Source: Macrostomum hystrix
Taxonomy: Eukaryota > Animalia > Platyhelminthes
DNA: 64,000 nucleotides
Assembly: GCA_950097015.1 (NCBI GenBank)
Contig: CATNEN010000001.1
Location: forward strand, 25,854,001-25,918,000
Direction: 5' to 3'
The notes beneath the pieces were generated by a model that did no database searches, was not told the origin of the DNA, and worked only from the letters and a program-made list of their open reading frames with translations. The position numbers and the translations under genes are program-made. Numbering within the stretch: position 1 is the stretch's first letter; each line of letters opens with the position of its first letter. Positions 12,960 through 27,152 of the stretch are shown here, in pieces.

Positions 12960-15058
12960 AAGCCTTCAACTAATAAAATCTCGGTTTCGATTTTCATGTG
13001 ATGCAAAAAAGTTGATCGCAAAAACAGGATGATCTTTCATTAATTACTGCTTACTTCATATTCATACTTCATCAGATAATTAAACTTTCCAAGACTAAAG
13101 CAACATATTCATTTCAATGCTGGGCACACAATTTATATGCGAAACTTAGATACATGCGATGCGATTACTTATCCATTTTAGCACTTACTTATCAAAAAAA
13201 TCACATTTTATAAATGAAAATCAATACTGTACATCTGAAATGTGATGCACAGCTTCAAGTGACATGTCATTGTCTTGGAAACATCTAGACGCATCTATTG
13301 AAACCATTTTCAATGACATTGGGGCAAAGAACAACATTTTATTTGAGTAAACTCGAAAATGCTGCTTCTCTTAAAAGTACTGCATCGTGAACTGACGCTC
13401 AATCAATGTTCACAGGCAGGCATGAATGCTGTCCTTTTAAAGAGGGATCTAAATGCTATTCAACGACACCAAACTTGATTCGAGAAATCGCACTATTAAA
13501 ATCTTATGAGTAATCTTATGATAAATTGGCATAGGCCCCGGGTGTCAAAATGGCTGTAATGTGCGTTCCATTTCGAAAAATCGAATTTTCCAACACTAAT
13601 GCAGCTGCTCATCAGATGCAGAATAGTATTTGGTACAATTCGTCTCTGTACATAAAAAAAATTCGCAAGACCGTTTTTACAAAATTTACCTTTATAGGTT
13701 CGAAAAATTGCATGATTTTTTTTATTTCTACGAAAAAAACACGTTTTACAACTGCAAATCAAGCTTTAGCATCTTGAATGTGACGCTGACTTTAAGTTGG
13801 CATGTCATTCTCTTTCAAACATCCACATGCGTCTATTGACACCATTTGCAGTTCAATACGACAAAGTGCACTATCGTAGGGGCGGAAATGGCAAACTTTT
13901 TCTCTCATACGTACACCTGTACAGGTACATATCTTAGTACAGATGGCCAACTACTGAATGTGTGTACACGAGTCTAGTATCAAATGAAAGAGGGTCTTAA
14001 ATGCAATTCAGCAACGGTAAGCGCAACACCAACGGATGCAGTAATCAAAAGTTATGACTGATCCTGTTTTGAATGTTTTAGCTCCCCGGGGGGGTCAAAA
14101 TTTGGGATTTTCGTATCCACCTCCGGGACAAGTGGATGATAAAAACATTCAAAATATACACTTTGTGCGCACATCTGTTGTGCTTCTAAAAACTGAAGCC
14201 GCATTCGAATCACACACCAAATACGTTCTGGCCATGCAGTTTTGTACCTCGAAAAATGACTAAAAATGACCAAAATCACGTTTTTAGGATTTAATTACCC
14301 ACATCTTCGGTAAACAACATTCAATCAGTCTGAAACCAACATTTTCGTATATGGCGACACCCAAGAAAGTTGGTTGACATGTGTTGAAATGCGATTCAAG
14401 TCACACGTCTGTGTCATAGAGGCGTCCAAAGTGCACCCTGTACTAAAAGTACTTTAAAAGTGCACATTTATTTCAATCACAAAAGTACACGGTCAAAAAA
14501 TTTCTCCACCATCAAGTAGGCCTATGTGTTAGGGTTACGATCCCGCAAGTCAAAGTCCGCGCTAGCGCGCGGCCTTTGACTTGCATGGTGAGAAAGTTTA
14601 AAAACATGCACATTTTTTCAACCTCAAAAACCTGTTTTTTGACCCTTTGACCCAAAAGATGGGTCAGCAAGAAAAAATCCATATCAAATCATTGTAGGCT
14701 TCTATAGCCCGCATCGACTGGATAGAGCCACTTGGCGATACCATAAAATGCCGGCTTAAGCGGCCAAAGACCATTTTTCGTCACGTCCAAAAAAATCTTG
14801 TTTTTGGTTGCCATGGCAACCAAAACGCATTGCCATGGCAACGATTTTCACATCAGTGCATAGACCCGAGTATTTTACATGTTTTGCAAAAAACGCATCC
14901 AAATCGGTTCAACTGGGCAAAAGCGGCAATCGTTAAAAGTTGAAAAACGTGCTTTTCTATCCCGACACGTTGGCTACGTCTTATCAAGATGAGATATCGC
15001 ATCCGTAATGACCAGGAGAAAGACTCGCTTACGCTCGGCTTCGTCTTGGTCATTACTG
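12960..15058. mobile_element. Non-coding Helentron/HINE-like repeat related to 54112-56730
   Basis: Shares ordered motifs with 56240-56730 (aaagtt.aaaaa.atgc.cattttt; gttgccatggcaac doublet), a degenerate ~540-bp internal repeat and a terminal stem-loop (15005-15057). Boundaries approximate. Confidence 0.5.
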
Positions 15059-15334
15059 GCTCACTCATCCCAATTAGTTATGTCTAACTAAGTTCTGTCT
15101 ATGGATTTGAGGATCGAAAATCCTGAGACAGAGCTGTGTTGTCTCATAATTTCAAGGGCGCCACAAGCATGATCCATAGACGAAAGTAGCGGGCACGGAA
15201 TGCATTCCTGCCCGCGTCTAAATCATTCCTGCCTGGCACTTTAGTCCATGGAAAGCTGAGATTATACTCTATTTTTTTAAGAAGCCGAGAGAATTCGGAA
15301 GGAGAGAATATAATTCAGGAGCGTTAACCTGAAA

Positions 15335-16761
15335 ATGATTAACTTGCAAAGAATTGCCACTGGCGATATCAGTGGCTTGGATAGCGCTGAATTGGATTTC
15401 ATGTCCAAATTGTCCAAGTGCGCCGAGGCGACGATCGATCAGTGGTCGGGACTGCCAATCCTGGACCTCAATGAGGTGGAGACATTTCTGACGGATCTAC
15501 GGGATCCGGAAGGTTCGTATCGTGACTTGGATGTGCAAGGGCTAGAGGGCATCAAACGGCTTGAACAATCGTCCAAGTCACCATCCACCGTAGCGACTAC
15601 TAAGAATCACGTTGATCGGTTCAAGAAATTTCATCGAGAGAAAAACCTGCCTGACGACATCGAGAGCATGCCATTGCGCTACTTAGACGGCTATCTTCGC
15701 CTATGGTATGTTAGTCTGCGAGCGAATCCTGCGCTTGGAACGAAGACCTATGCACCGGATACAATTCGTGGCTTTCGGGCAAGCATTCACCGATTTGTAA
15801 AGGAGACACGCGCCATTGATGTCATTGGCAACGAAGTATTCCGGCTGAGCGAACTTCGGGCGAACAGCCTGGATTCAGCGCGATCACGGATTCCGACATG
15901 GCCCTTCTGAAACAATATTTCACTGGACGGGATCCAATGCGGCTTCAGGATGAAGTGTTTTTTAATATCGTCTACCATTTCGGATTTCGAGGTCGTGAAT
16001 GGATTAGGGATTTATTTTCTGCTTTCTTCACTGCAATTCTCTGTGGTCAATAATGTGAGGTGCATTGACATGATCCAAACTGGTCGGGAGAAGACTATCA
16101 CTGCCGAAGACCGTGGCAAGTGCAGGACAAGCAAGCAGATAAGAATGTTCAGTATCCAAGGCCAGAATTGTCCAGTAGAAGCGGTGGACCCGTACGTGTA
16201 TAAGCTGCCACCAGGAATGGATGTTTTGTTTCCGAAGCCAATCAAGGTCAGGCCTGATTCGGCAGTATGGTATTCTCATAAGCAGGTTCTGGGAAAGAAC
16301 AAACTATTCGATATGATCAATGGCATCTCAAAGCGCACTGGTCTACAGTTCGAGTACAACAACCATTGCATTCGTGCAACAGTTGTTACTAACCTGACGG
16401 AAGCCGGACACAGTCTGCAGGAGATCAAATCTGTGACAGGTACGAGCGTACGGCGTAGTATTTTGGTGTGTTTAATTGGCAGATTATTAAATACATTTTT
16501 TTATGCGGCGACCATTTCACAGGGCATCGGAGTGACGCGGCTGTTGTTCGCTATGTCAGCAGAATTTCTGAGAAGCGGAAGCAACAAATTTCCGAATCGC
16601 TTAGCGTCGCTCTGAATGCGGATTCTCTGTCGGATGGTGCCTCCTCATCAAAGCGAGCCACAATCGTTGTGCCGTCGACTGTAGCTACGCCGTCGGTTAA
16701 TGCAGACAACCCTACCGCGGTTCTTGAAAAGGATGGAGTGCGACTCAGCTTCTACTTTTAA
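15335..16761 (+). pseudogene. Crypton tyrosine recombinase (DUF3504-like), frameshifted
   Basis: HFGFRGREW, GREKT, YNNHCIRATVVT and TG|HRSD...VRY give the R-K-HxxR-H-Y set. A deletion plus frameshift lies near 15853 and another frameshift near 16020. GT-AG intron 16440-16522. Confidence 0.88.
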
Positions 16762-17457
16762 CATTGGATGGCTTAGTTGATGACGTATTACTCGTTAATT
16801 AATCCCCAGCTTGGCCCAGCCTATTGGCTATTAAATCTGTGCATTTATTATACCATTTTGCGTTCTAGTTGGTTATTTTTGCGATCAAGTTGGACAGACT
16901 GCTGAGGCTCAGACTGCGCTAAATCGCCTGCTATCGAATGTAGGATTGACCATAGACAGCCAAGTCTTTTGCGCTCTAGTTGGTCTTTTTTGCGTTCTAT
17001 TTGGACAAGACTTTGCTAGGATAGAATCGGCATCAGGAACAAAAGAAAAAACTGTAATCAGGCAGGTAGAGAGGCAATGGCGACAGTTGTTCGGATGGTT
17101 ATTATTTGGCGGGCTGCGTTGTTCTGCAAAATTATTATTATTATTTTTCTCGGCCTAGGTACATGGATGCCAGGGTTGTGTCGGCCCTTACTGTACGTTC
17201 TTTCCGCGTGCGCCAGCCACCCCATTTTTTATAGTATATCAAGCGCTGCTGGACGTTCAATAAGATTGAAAGTGTTGTGTTTTTTTTGTTTTGTTTGTTT
17301 TTCAATTAAAGATTGCCTGCGCGAGATCGCAGCGTTGACTGCAGGCTTTACGGAGGCCTGACCTAGTGTTAGAACAAAAAAGTTGATATCTTTGTTTCCT
17401 TCCGGTTCTCTTGTCTTTGACTGAAAAACATAGTGGTAGCAGAGCGTGGTTAGGAAA

Positions 17458-20400
17458 ATGCCGAAGGAAACAGAAGAATCTGAAGACCAGGCAAGCGCGG
17501 CCGCAGAGAAGCAAGAGCTTCAACTAATGGAGGCCAAGGCCAACAAGACCAAGGCAAAGACTGCGTTTACAAAAAGCAGAAATCGGCTCGTGCAACGACT
17601 TGCAGCTGGGGCCAGCGAGTTTTCTGACGTGCAGCAACTCGCGACCACACTGGAGCATCAGTTTGACGACGTCACGGCTGAACTGGAGAAGCTGCTGGAG
17701 ATCGCCGACGACAATATTCCGATGCGTCACCAGACCCTGAAGGAGATGGACACCGTAGAGAGCGATTACGGTGAAACAGTGAGTCTAATGACGGAAATGC
17801 TAAAAGGCGGTAGAAAGCAGGCTGCGGCTGAGGAAGAGGAAGGTGCGCGACTGGCGGAAAGGGAAGAACAAAAGCGATTGGAACAGCAGCGTAAAGAGGC
17901 GGAGTTGAGGGCTCTAGAGCTGGAGAGTGCGCAGATAGAGCTTGAGAATGATTACCGGCGGCGGAACGAGCAGCTAGCAGAGGAGTTAAGGCGGCTAAGA
18001 GTTGTTACCGGCAAGGCAGACGGAGTTGGCGCAGGCACAAGCTTAACTGAGAGGGCCGAGTTAGAGAGAGATGAATCAGGCGGCAGGGGTAAGCAGGCTG
18101 ATGGGACTGCCCACGAAGGGGGGTCTGAAACGCGATCGATACAGTCAATGCCTAGCCCAAAAAACCCAGCGGCTGTACAGTCACGCTCGCCCAATGTACA
18201 TCAGCAGACTGTGCATCCACTGAGTACGTCGAGAGGGGCAGAAGTTGAGGCACAAGTGAGCAATGATATGTGGCGCCAATTGCAGCGAGTTGCGATTCCT
18301 AACTTCGCCGGTGATAAGCGACAGTATGAAGGTTGGAAAGCCGCGTTTTATGCATGTGTGGATGCGGCACCCTCTTCTCAGGTGTACAAGTTGCTGCAGC
18401 TTAGGCAGTGCCTGCAAGGTGAAGCGTTGCGGCTCATAGCGAACTAAGGGCATTCAGAATATGCGTACAAGGCAGCACTGGAGAGACTGGAAAGAGAGTA
18501 CGGAGGAGAGCGGCGTAGGCTGGTGCTAGTAATAGAAGATTTGGACAGTTTTCGTCCAATTGTGATGGAGAGCGCGCCTCAACTAAAGAAGCTGGCGGAC
18601 TTGTTAGATGTCGCGGTGATCAATCTGATGGAAGCAGGGCGAGAGTCGGAGCTTAATAGCAACGGTCTTCTGCATCTTCGAGTGCAGAAAAAGCTACCGA
18701 CGGACACGCTAGCCCGCTATCATAGATGGATAGGAGACAGCGGAAGAGCTGACACATTGAGCGCTCTTCATCAATGGCTGCTGCGCGAATCCGAGTACCA
18801 GACGGTCGCTATGGAGGCTGTGCGAGGAATCGCTGCTCAATGCGCATCAGGCTTGACAAAGCATGATAATAGTAAAAGATTCCCACCGCCGCAGCGTACG
18901 GAGACACTTCGAACTCACTTTGGAGAAACACCGGAGACTGGAGCGATCAGTGAGATACGAAAGAAGAGCTGCCGTTTCTGCGAAGGACCACATGGCGTCT
19001 GGGACTGCCCAAAGTTTGCTGAGCTGGATGTGGCAAAGCGGTGGGCAACGGCTCGTGAGAAGAGGCTTTGCTTTCATTGTCTAGGTGTCAATCACTCCGG
19101 ACTAACTTGTCGTCGCGCCAGACCTTGCGGAGTAGACGGTTGTCTTGGGAAACATCATTCGATGCTTCATCAAAATCGGGAAGCGAGGCCACCGGTGAGT
19201 AGAACGGAGGAAGCGTCAAAGAAGGCGGCGGTGTCTGGATCATGGTTGAAGAAGGAGCGCACGATGCTGGCTGAGGTGGCAAAAGAGACCGCGCTACGGA
19301 CGGTGCCGGTAGTGCTAGTTGCTGGTGAACGTCAGGTGCGAATCAACGCGTTGCTGGATGATGCGAGCACTCGTACGTATCTCAATGCGGATGTAGCGGC
19401 CGAGCTAGGTCTAGAAGGAAAACCGCAGCGAATCAGTGTCAAAGTGCTTAACGGAGGAATCGAGTCGTTTGAAACAGCACCAGTCGAGGTCACGGTTCAA
19501 AGTATCGACGGCGCATTTGAAGCAAGCGTGGTAGCGTTCACGGCAGAGAAGGTGACGGGCGGCATGAAGGCAGTTGATTGGAGCAGACTGGCTGAGCACT
19601 GGGCGCAACTCCGAGGAATTCCCTTTGATTCCACAGCAGGCCGTCCAACTGTCGAAATGCTGATTGGAGTCGACAATGCAGAGATGCATCTGGCATGCAA
19701 AGAAGTCTGCGGAATGCCTGGTGAGCCAATAGCAAGGCTAACACCAATCGGATGGACCTGTATCGGTCAAGTGGATCAGGAGGGAGGCAGCAACCAGAGA
19801 TTGGAATCGTTCCTCTGTCACGAGTGCCAAGACCAGGTCAACAGTGAGATACAGAAGTTGTGGACGATCGATGACGTGCCAGACTCTGCTGCGCTGAATG
19901 GTGGCAGGGGTACGCTAACGAAGGATGAGCAGTGCGCGTTGAAAGCAGTAAAAAACTCGATGACCATGGTGGACGGCAGATATCAGGTGTCAATTCCATG
20001 GAAGGCGCGGGACTGTGAGCTGCCGAATAACCGAGAGATGGCGGAGCGAAGACTGGTAAGCACAGAGAATAGGCTGCAGCAAAGAGAGGGATTAACAAGA
20101 GAATATCAGGCGGTGCTGGACGGTCAGCTGGCAAAAGGCTATGTCAAGAAGGTCGGAGACATTAACGAAAGTCAAGCCACCAATTGGTATCTGCCGCATT
20201 TTCCTGTCATCCGTGAAGACAAGGATACCACCAAGGTGCGAATGGTCTTCGATGCATCAGCGCGTAGTCAAGGAAAAAGTCTGAACGACATTATTCTGCC
20301 AGGGCCAAAGCTGCAGAATGACCTCTTTAAAGTGCTGCTACGTTTTCGTCGTGGTCCCGTAGCGGTCGTCTGCGACATCGAAGAAATGTATCTCCGCATA

Positions 20401-23199
20401 CGCATTGCACCAGAAGATCGAAGTTTCTTGCGTTTCCTGTGGCGCGCTGGACAAGTTGACCTAACACCGGAAGTTTTTGAGTTTCAGAGTGTCGTATTCG
20501 GTGTCAATTGCTCGCCGTTTCTGGCACAGTTCGTGTCGCAGGAGCATGCCAGGAAGCACCAGGTGCTGTTCCCCAGAGCAGCGGAGACGATTCTGAAGTC
20601 CACTTACATGGACGACAGTTTAGACTCAGTGAACGACGTAGAAGAAGCAATTGCGCTCCGCAACGAGGTGTCAGCTCTATGGGCCAAAGCCGGGATGAGA
20701 GCACGAAAATGGATGTCGAATTCGGCCGAGGTGCTGGAAACGATCCCGGTGGAAGATCGAGCCATAAAAGCGCAGCATGTGATTCGCGGCGAGACAGCTT
20801 CATCGAAGGCGCTGGGAGTGACCTGGACAGGCCACGATGACATGCTCTCGGTCACTGGAAGTGAAGTCGGCAAGACAGCGCGAGTAGAATCAAAGCGACA
20901 GCTGCTTAAACGAGTGGCGAGTGTCTTCGATCCGTGCGGCTTTCTCAGTCCGTTCACGATTCGCGGAAGAATTCTCCTGCAGGAGATTTGGCAGAATGGA
21001 GCTGACTGGGACGAGCCGTTAGATCACCAAACTGGTGCGAAAGCCACACAATGGGCTGCTGAGATCGTGGCGCTAAGCTGTCTAACAATCCCAAGATGTC
21101 TATGGCCAGATCCAAGCAAGAAGGCGGTGCTGCACGTTTTTGTCGATGCGTCTCAGCTAGCATATGGCACGGTTATTTACTTGAGGAGCACGACCGGAGC
21201 TCAATTCTGCGTACGGCAAGCGGCAGCGAAGGCACGGGTTGCTCCACTGACAACCTGCAGCATTCCAAGACTGAAGCTCATGGCAGCAGTGCTTGGCGTT
21301 CGGCTAGCTCAGACGGTAGCAGAGGCACTCAACTTGGAGTTAAAGGAAGCGGTGTTCTGGAGTGACAGCACTAATGTGCTCTGGTGGCTGCGAGGTCGGA
21401 GTCGGATTTTTAAGCCTTTCGTAGCGAACCGGGTTGCGCTTATTCAAGAGGTGGTGAGGACCAACCAATGGCGACATGTACCAACTGATCACAATCCTGC
21501 AGATGTCGTGTCACGAGGCTGCAGCGCGGAAGAGCTTTGCCAGTCCGCAGTCTGGACGGAAGGACCCGCTTTTTTGAGAGAGGAGGAGGAAAACTGGCCG
21601 GAGAAGCTGGTTCCAATGGCAGATGGTGGAGATCAGGAAGTGCGGCGGGAAGCGATGAAGAGCGGTTCAAGTGTCGCCATGATGACGATGTTGGCTGATG
21701 AAGTACCAGAGGTCGAGTGGCGACTGGATCCAGTTCGATTTTCCAGCTACCAGAGGCTGCGCAGTGTTACGGCTTGGGTTCGGCGCTTTATCTTTAATAG
21801 TGGAGTGTCACTGGGTCAGCGTCGTCAAGGTGAACTAAGTGTCGACGAACTGCAAGAAGCTGAGGAAGCTATTCTTTAAAGAGCGCAGGAAGAAGCATTC
21901 CGCGCTGAGCTTCGTCAAGTGCGTGCCGAGAGGCCGGTCCTACCAACCAGTCATCTCCGCTGTCTGCAGCCGTTTTTAGACAGTGCGGGGCTTTTGCGCG
22001 TAGATGGCAGACTGAAGTTCGACCAAAATCTGCCCTACCAGGCCAAGCATCCAGTCATCCTGCCGAGGCGAAGCTGGACTACGAAGTTGCTGGTGAAGCA
22101 CTACCACGAAGAGCAAGGGCATGGTGGGACGAACCAGACGTTGTCCGCGCTTTCAACTAAGTTTTGGCTGATCGGTGGTCGCGAAGCTATACGTGAATGG
22201 GAGAAGGAGTGTGCTCACTGCAGAAGGCAGAAGGCAGTGCCGCAGGTGCAGCAGATGGCGCCGTTGCCGGAAGCAAGGCTCAGAAAGTCCCTTCGAGCAT
22301 TTAGTTGCGTCGCAGTAGATTACGGAGGCCCATTTGAGACGGTGCAGGGACGTGGAAAACGACGCCAGAAGAGGTACCTGGCCCTCTTCACCTGTTTGGA
22401 AACGAGAGCAGTGCACCTAGAGATGGCGTATGGTTTGGATTCGGATTCTTTTTTAAATGCGTTCGCCCGAATGATCAATCGCAGAGGAAAGCCGGTGGAA
22501 GTATTTTCCGATAATGGTGGAAACTTTGTGAAGGGTGAAAGAGAGCTGAGGAGTTTCGAAAGAGAGCAGCAAGAAAAACTGAGACGGTCAGCAGCCGAGC
22601 GTGGCATCAAGTGGCATTTCCAGCCTCCATCCGCGCCCCATTTTGGTGGGGCTCATGAAGTCATGATCCGCGCCGCCAAGCGAGCCGTGCACGCGATTCT
22701 CGGCAACGCTGACATCACGGACGAGGAGTTGCACTCCGCCTTCAATGGTGCTGAGGCCCTAATCAATGCAAGGCCATTGACGTACCAGACCTCAAATCCG
22801 AAGGACGACACTCCGTTGACACCCAACCATTTTCTACATGGCCAGCTGGGCGGCGACTTTGCTCCGGAAGCCGAGAACGAAAGCAACCAAGATCTACGAC
22901 GACGGTGGCGACGTGTTCAGGAGCTTGTGCGGCACTTCTGGCACCGCTGGTTGCGCGAATGGGTCCCCAGGCTCAACGCGAGGTCCAAGTGGTTCAACGA
23001 GCAGCCCGACCTAGCCATTGGAGACATCGTCCTGGTGCTGACACCGAACGCTCCGCGAGGACAATGGCCGCTCGGACGGGTGCTCGAAGTTTTCCCTGGC
23101 CGGGACGGCCGCGTGCGAGTTGCGAAGCTTCGAACTAGCGGTGGGCCTGTGCTGCGGCCAGTGACTAGATTGTGTCTCCTTCAGCGTGATGGTCAGTGA
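17458..23199 (+). pseudogene. BEL/Pao gag-pol polyprotein (gag, CCHC knuckles, protease, RT, RNase H, integrase) with two in-frame stops
   Basis: Three ORFs in the same frame separated by TAA at 18445 and 21877. Motifs: ALLDDAS, YLPHFPV, YMDD, FVDAS, NPADVVSRG, H-H-C-C, VDYGGP, SDNG, QWPLGRV. Confidence 0.95.
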
Positions 23200-23396
23200 T
23201 TGCTCAGAAAGTGACTGTCTTGTGAAAGTACAAACTGTTAATTAATGTTGTGTTTTTTGGATTAATTGGTGTTTCTGTTGAATTTCTGATGCTGTTGTTA
23301 ATGGTTTAACCGTTGCCTTTTGCATAGTCTTTGCATGGTTTTCCTGCTATTGTGGGTATTAGGACTAGTTTTTCGCTTTAGATCGTTTATGTCGCA

Positions 23397-26332
23397 TCCT
23401 TCCTCCACTATACTAAAAATGAAATGCTTGGTTGCTTGTAATTGATTTTCTCCCGAACGGCTCAACCGATTTTCACCATTTCTTCACCAAAAGATGCCAA
23501 ATATAGGGACAATTTTACACGTATTTTTATTAAGCTTAACTTTATTGCTAAGAGGATTAAATATTCAAAAAACATGATTTTTTCAAAGGTCAAACCATCT
23601 TGGACTATTGAGAATTTCACTGACTACCACTGAATTGAAATTGCATCGTCAAATTGCGCAACAACCCCTCGCTGATTGAATTTGAAGCCTGCACTCTGGA
23701 GACAAATTGGAAATAAATGTACACAACCAACCGCGAGACTGAGTGTACTCTATTTTCTTACTTCATTGTACAAAGCCAGAACTTTGAGAATTCATTTTAT
23801 AAGGCAGATTTTTGCACCCACTAACCAACAGTCGGAATAGCCGATGTGTAGGCACTAGGAATAGGTTAGGCTAGGCTAGGGTTCGATTCTGCACTGCGTC
23901 AAATCATTTAGACTAATTTTCAGCCAGTAGTGATTGAAGATTATTTTAATTTATTTTTTCATTTCGTAAATAAAATATCATAAATCATAGCAAACCTGAG
24001 TTTGTCATAGCAAACCTGAGTTTGAATCATGGCTAAACCATAGTCTGAATCATGGCTAAACCAGAGTTTGAATCATGGCTAAACCAGAGTCTGAATCATG
24101 GCTAAACCAGAGTTTGAATCATGGCTAAACCAGAGTCTGAATCATGGCTAAACCAGAGTCTGAATCATGGCTAAACCAGAGTCTGAATCATGGCAAAACT
24201 GGAGTCTGAATCATGGCTAAACCAGAGTTTGAATCATGGCTAAACCAGAGTCTGAATCATGGCTAAACCAGAGTCTGAATCATGGCAAAACTGGAGTCTG
24301 AATCATGGCTAAACCAGAGTTTGAATCATGGCTAAACCAGAGTCTGAATCATGGCTAAACCAGAGTCTGAATCATGGCTAAACCAGAGTTTGAATCATGG
24401 CTAAACCAGAGTCTGAATCATGGCTAAACCAGAGTCTGAATCATGGCTAAACCAGAGTCTGAATCATGGCAAAACTGGAGTCTGAATCATGGCTAAACCA
24501 GAGTTTGAATCATGCCTAAACCAGAGTCTGAATCATGGCTAAACCAGAGCTTGAATCATGGCTAAACCCGAGTTTCAATCATGGCTAAACCAGAGTCTGA
24601 ATCATGGCTAAACCAGAGTTTGAATCATGGCTAAACCATAGTCTGAATCATGGCTAAACCTGAGTTTGAATCATGGCTAAACCATAGTCTGAATCATGGC
24701 TAAACCAGAGTTTGAATCATGGCAAAACCAGAGTCTGAATCATGGCTAAACCAGAGTTTGAATCATGGCTAAACCAGAGTGTGAATCATGGCTAAACCAG
24801 AGTCTGAATCATGGCTAAACCAGAGTCTGAATCATGGCAAAACTGGAGTCTGAATCATGGCTAAACCAGAGTTTGAATCATGGCTAAACGAGAGTCTGAA
24901 TCATGGCTAAACCAGAGTCTGAATCATGGCAAAACTGGAGTCTGAATCATGGCTAAATCAGAGTTTTAATCATGGCTAAACCAGAGTTTGAATCATGGCT
25001 AAATTTAAGTTTGAATCATGGCTAAACCAGAGTCTCAATCATGGCTAAACCAGAGCTTGAATCATGGCTAAACAAGAGTTTGAATCATGGCTAAACCAGA
25101 GTTTGAATCATGGAAAAAATTTTATTTTGTCATTGAATCGAATTCTCTAACTTTTGATTTTGTTGTGTTATATCATCATAATGATATTCAATTAATTCAT
25201 TTAATTGTTGTACTTCTCAATTTTCTACAAAAGCAGCTAATATAAATATTTAACAGGCAAAAATTTTCAACTGAGGATCATTATCAATAGGGAGTAATCA
25301 TCAAATGAGGGATCATGATCAACTGGGGGATCATTGTCAACTAAGGGGTCATTGTCAACCGGCGGATCATTGTCAAATGGGGGATCATTGTCAACTGGGA
25401 ATCATCATCAATGGGGATTATCATCAATGGGGATTATCATCAAATAGGGGATCATGGTCAACTGGGGGATCATGGTCAACTGGGGGATCATTGTCAACTG
25501 GTGGAACATTGTCAACTGGGGGATCATCATCAACTGGGGGATCATTGTCAACTGGGGGATCATTGTCAACGGGGGGAACATTGTCAACTGAGTATCATCA
25601 TCAATGGGGATTATCATCAAATCGGGGATCATGGTCAACTGGGGGATCATTGTCAACTGGGGAATCATTGTCAACTGGGGGATCATTGTCAACTGGGGGA
25701 TCATTGTCAACTGGGGGATCATTGTCAACTAAGGGATCATTGTCAACCGGCGGATCATTGTCAAATGGGGGATCATTGTCAACTAAGGGGTCATTGTCAA
25801 CCGGCGGATCATTGTCAAATGGGGGATCATTGTCAACTGGGAATCATCATCAATGGGGATTATCATCAATGGGGATTATCATCAAATAGGGGATCATGGT
25901 GAACTGGGGGATCATGGTCAACTGGGGGATCATTGTCAACTGGTGGAACATTGTCAACTGGGGGATCATCATCAACTGGGGGATCATTGTCAACTGGGGG
26001 ATCATTGTCAACGGGGGGAACATTGTCAACTGAGTATCATCATCAATGGGGATTATCATCAAATCGGGGATCATGGTCAACTGGGGGATCATTGTCAACT
26101 GGGGAATCATTGTCAACTGGGGGATCATTGTCAACTGGGGGATCATTGTCAACTGGGGGATCATTGTCAACTGGGGGATCATTGTCAACTGGGGGATCAA
26201 TCTCATCTAGAGGATAAATGTCATCTGGGGGATCATTTTATCTTTAAGAAGCTGTAAATTCAGCTGCTTAAAAGTATATACTCGACGAATTAAAATTTTT
26301 TCTGCTCCCCGAAGGGGGGCAAAACTTGCTAG
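23397..26332 (+). mobile_element. Non-autonomous Helitron with 23-bp and 18-bp satellite arrays, inserted in the BEL 3' UTR
   Basis: A|TC 5' end, subterminal hairpin and CTAG|T 3' end, no TSD. Arrays at ~23985-25113 and ~25265-26240. Confidence 0.8.
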
Positions 26333-27152
26333 TATTTGCACTAATAATGTCTTGTGTTTTCAAGGATTTCGCTGGTCAACCATTTTTTTGCGCAAAGATT
26401 TCTGTCGGTTATGGTTTCTTTAAAAATGCTTTACAGCTATGAAGTAGTGAAAATTTTGCCTTTGTGATTTTACAGTGTTTCATTATTCCTTTTGGTGTTG
26501 GTTGTCATTAGTTGCGGAATCGGCGGTTAATAGTTTCATGAGCCTGTAATCCGCGTTCCTAATGTTTTCTCGGTTTTGAGTTTATCAAGTTTATCATATT
26601 TGCTTTTTTGTTTTGTTGCACGGCTTCTTTGTTGTGTGGGATTTGGTTTTCGCCTTTTTGCTGATAGTGCTCTATCAGGAAGGGAGGTATGTTCGGATGG
26701 TTATTATTTGTCGGGCTGCGTTGTTGTGCAAAATTATTATTATTATTTTTCTCGGCCTAGGTACATGGATGCCAAGGTTGTGTCGGCCCTTACTGTACGT
26801 TCTTTCCGCGTGCGCCAGCCACCCCATTTTTTTATAGTATATCAAGCGCTGCTGGACGTTCAATAAGATTAAAGGTGTTGTGTTTTTTTTGTTTTGTTTG
26901 TTTTTCAATTAAAGATTGCCTGCGCGAGATCGCAGCGTTGACTGCAGGCTTTACGGAGGCCTGACCTAGTGTTAGAACAAAAAAGTTGATATCTTTGTTT
27001 CCTTCCGGTTCTCTTGTCTTTGACTGACAAACAACAGTTACAGTGACAATAAACAAACATTAACATCAAACATTAACTAAGAATGACGTTAAGCAGATAT
27101 AGAGTCAGTGTCAGTAAGGGTTTGCACCAATCCACGATATCCGGCTTGCTAA

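Larger units (their letters stand above)
17087..27033 (+). mobile_element. Full-length BEL/Pao LTR retrotransposon
   Basis: 344-bp TG...CA LTRs (17087-17430, 26690-27033) and 5-bp TSD ACAGT. PBS TGGTAGCAGAG (tRNA-iMet-like) at 17434; PPT aggaagggagg at 26677-26687. Confidence 0.97.
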
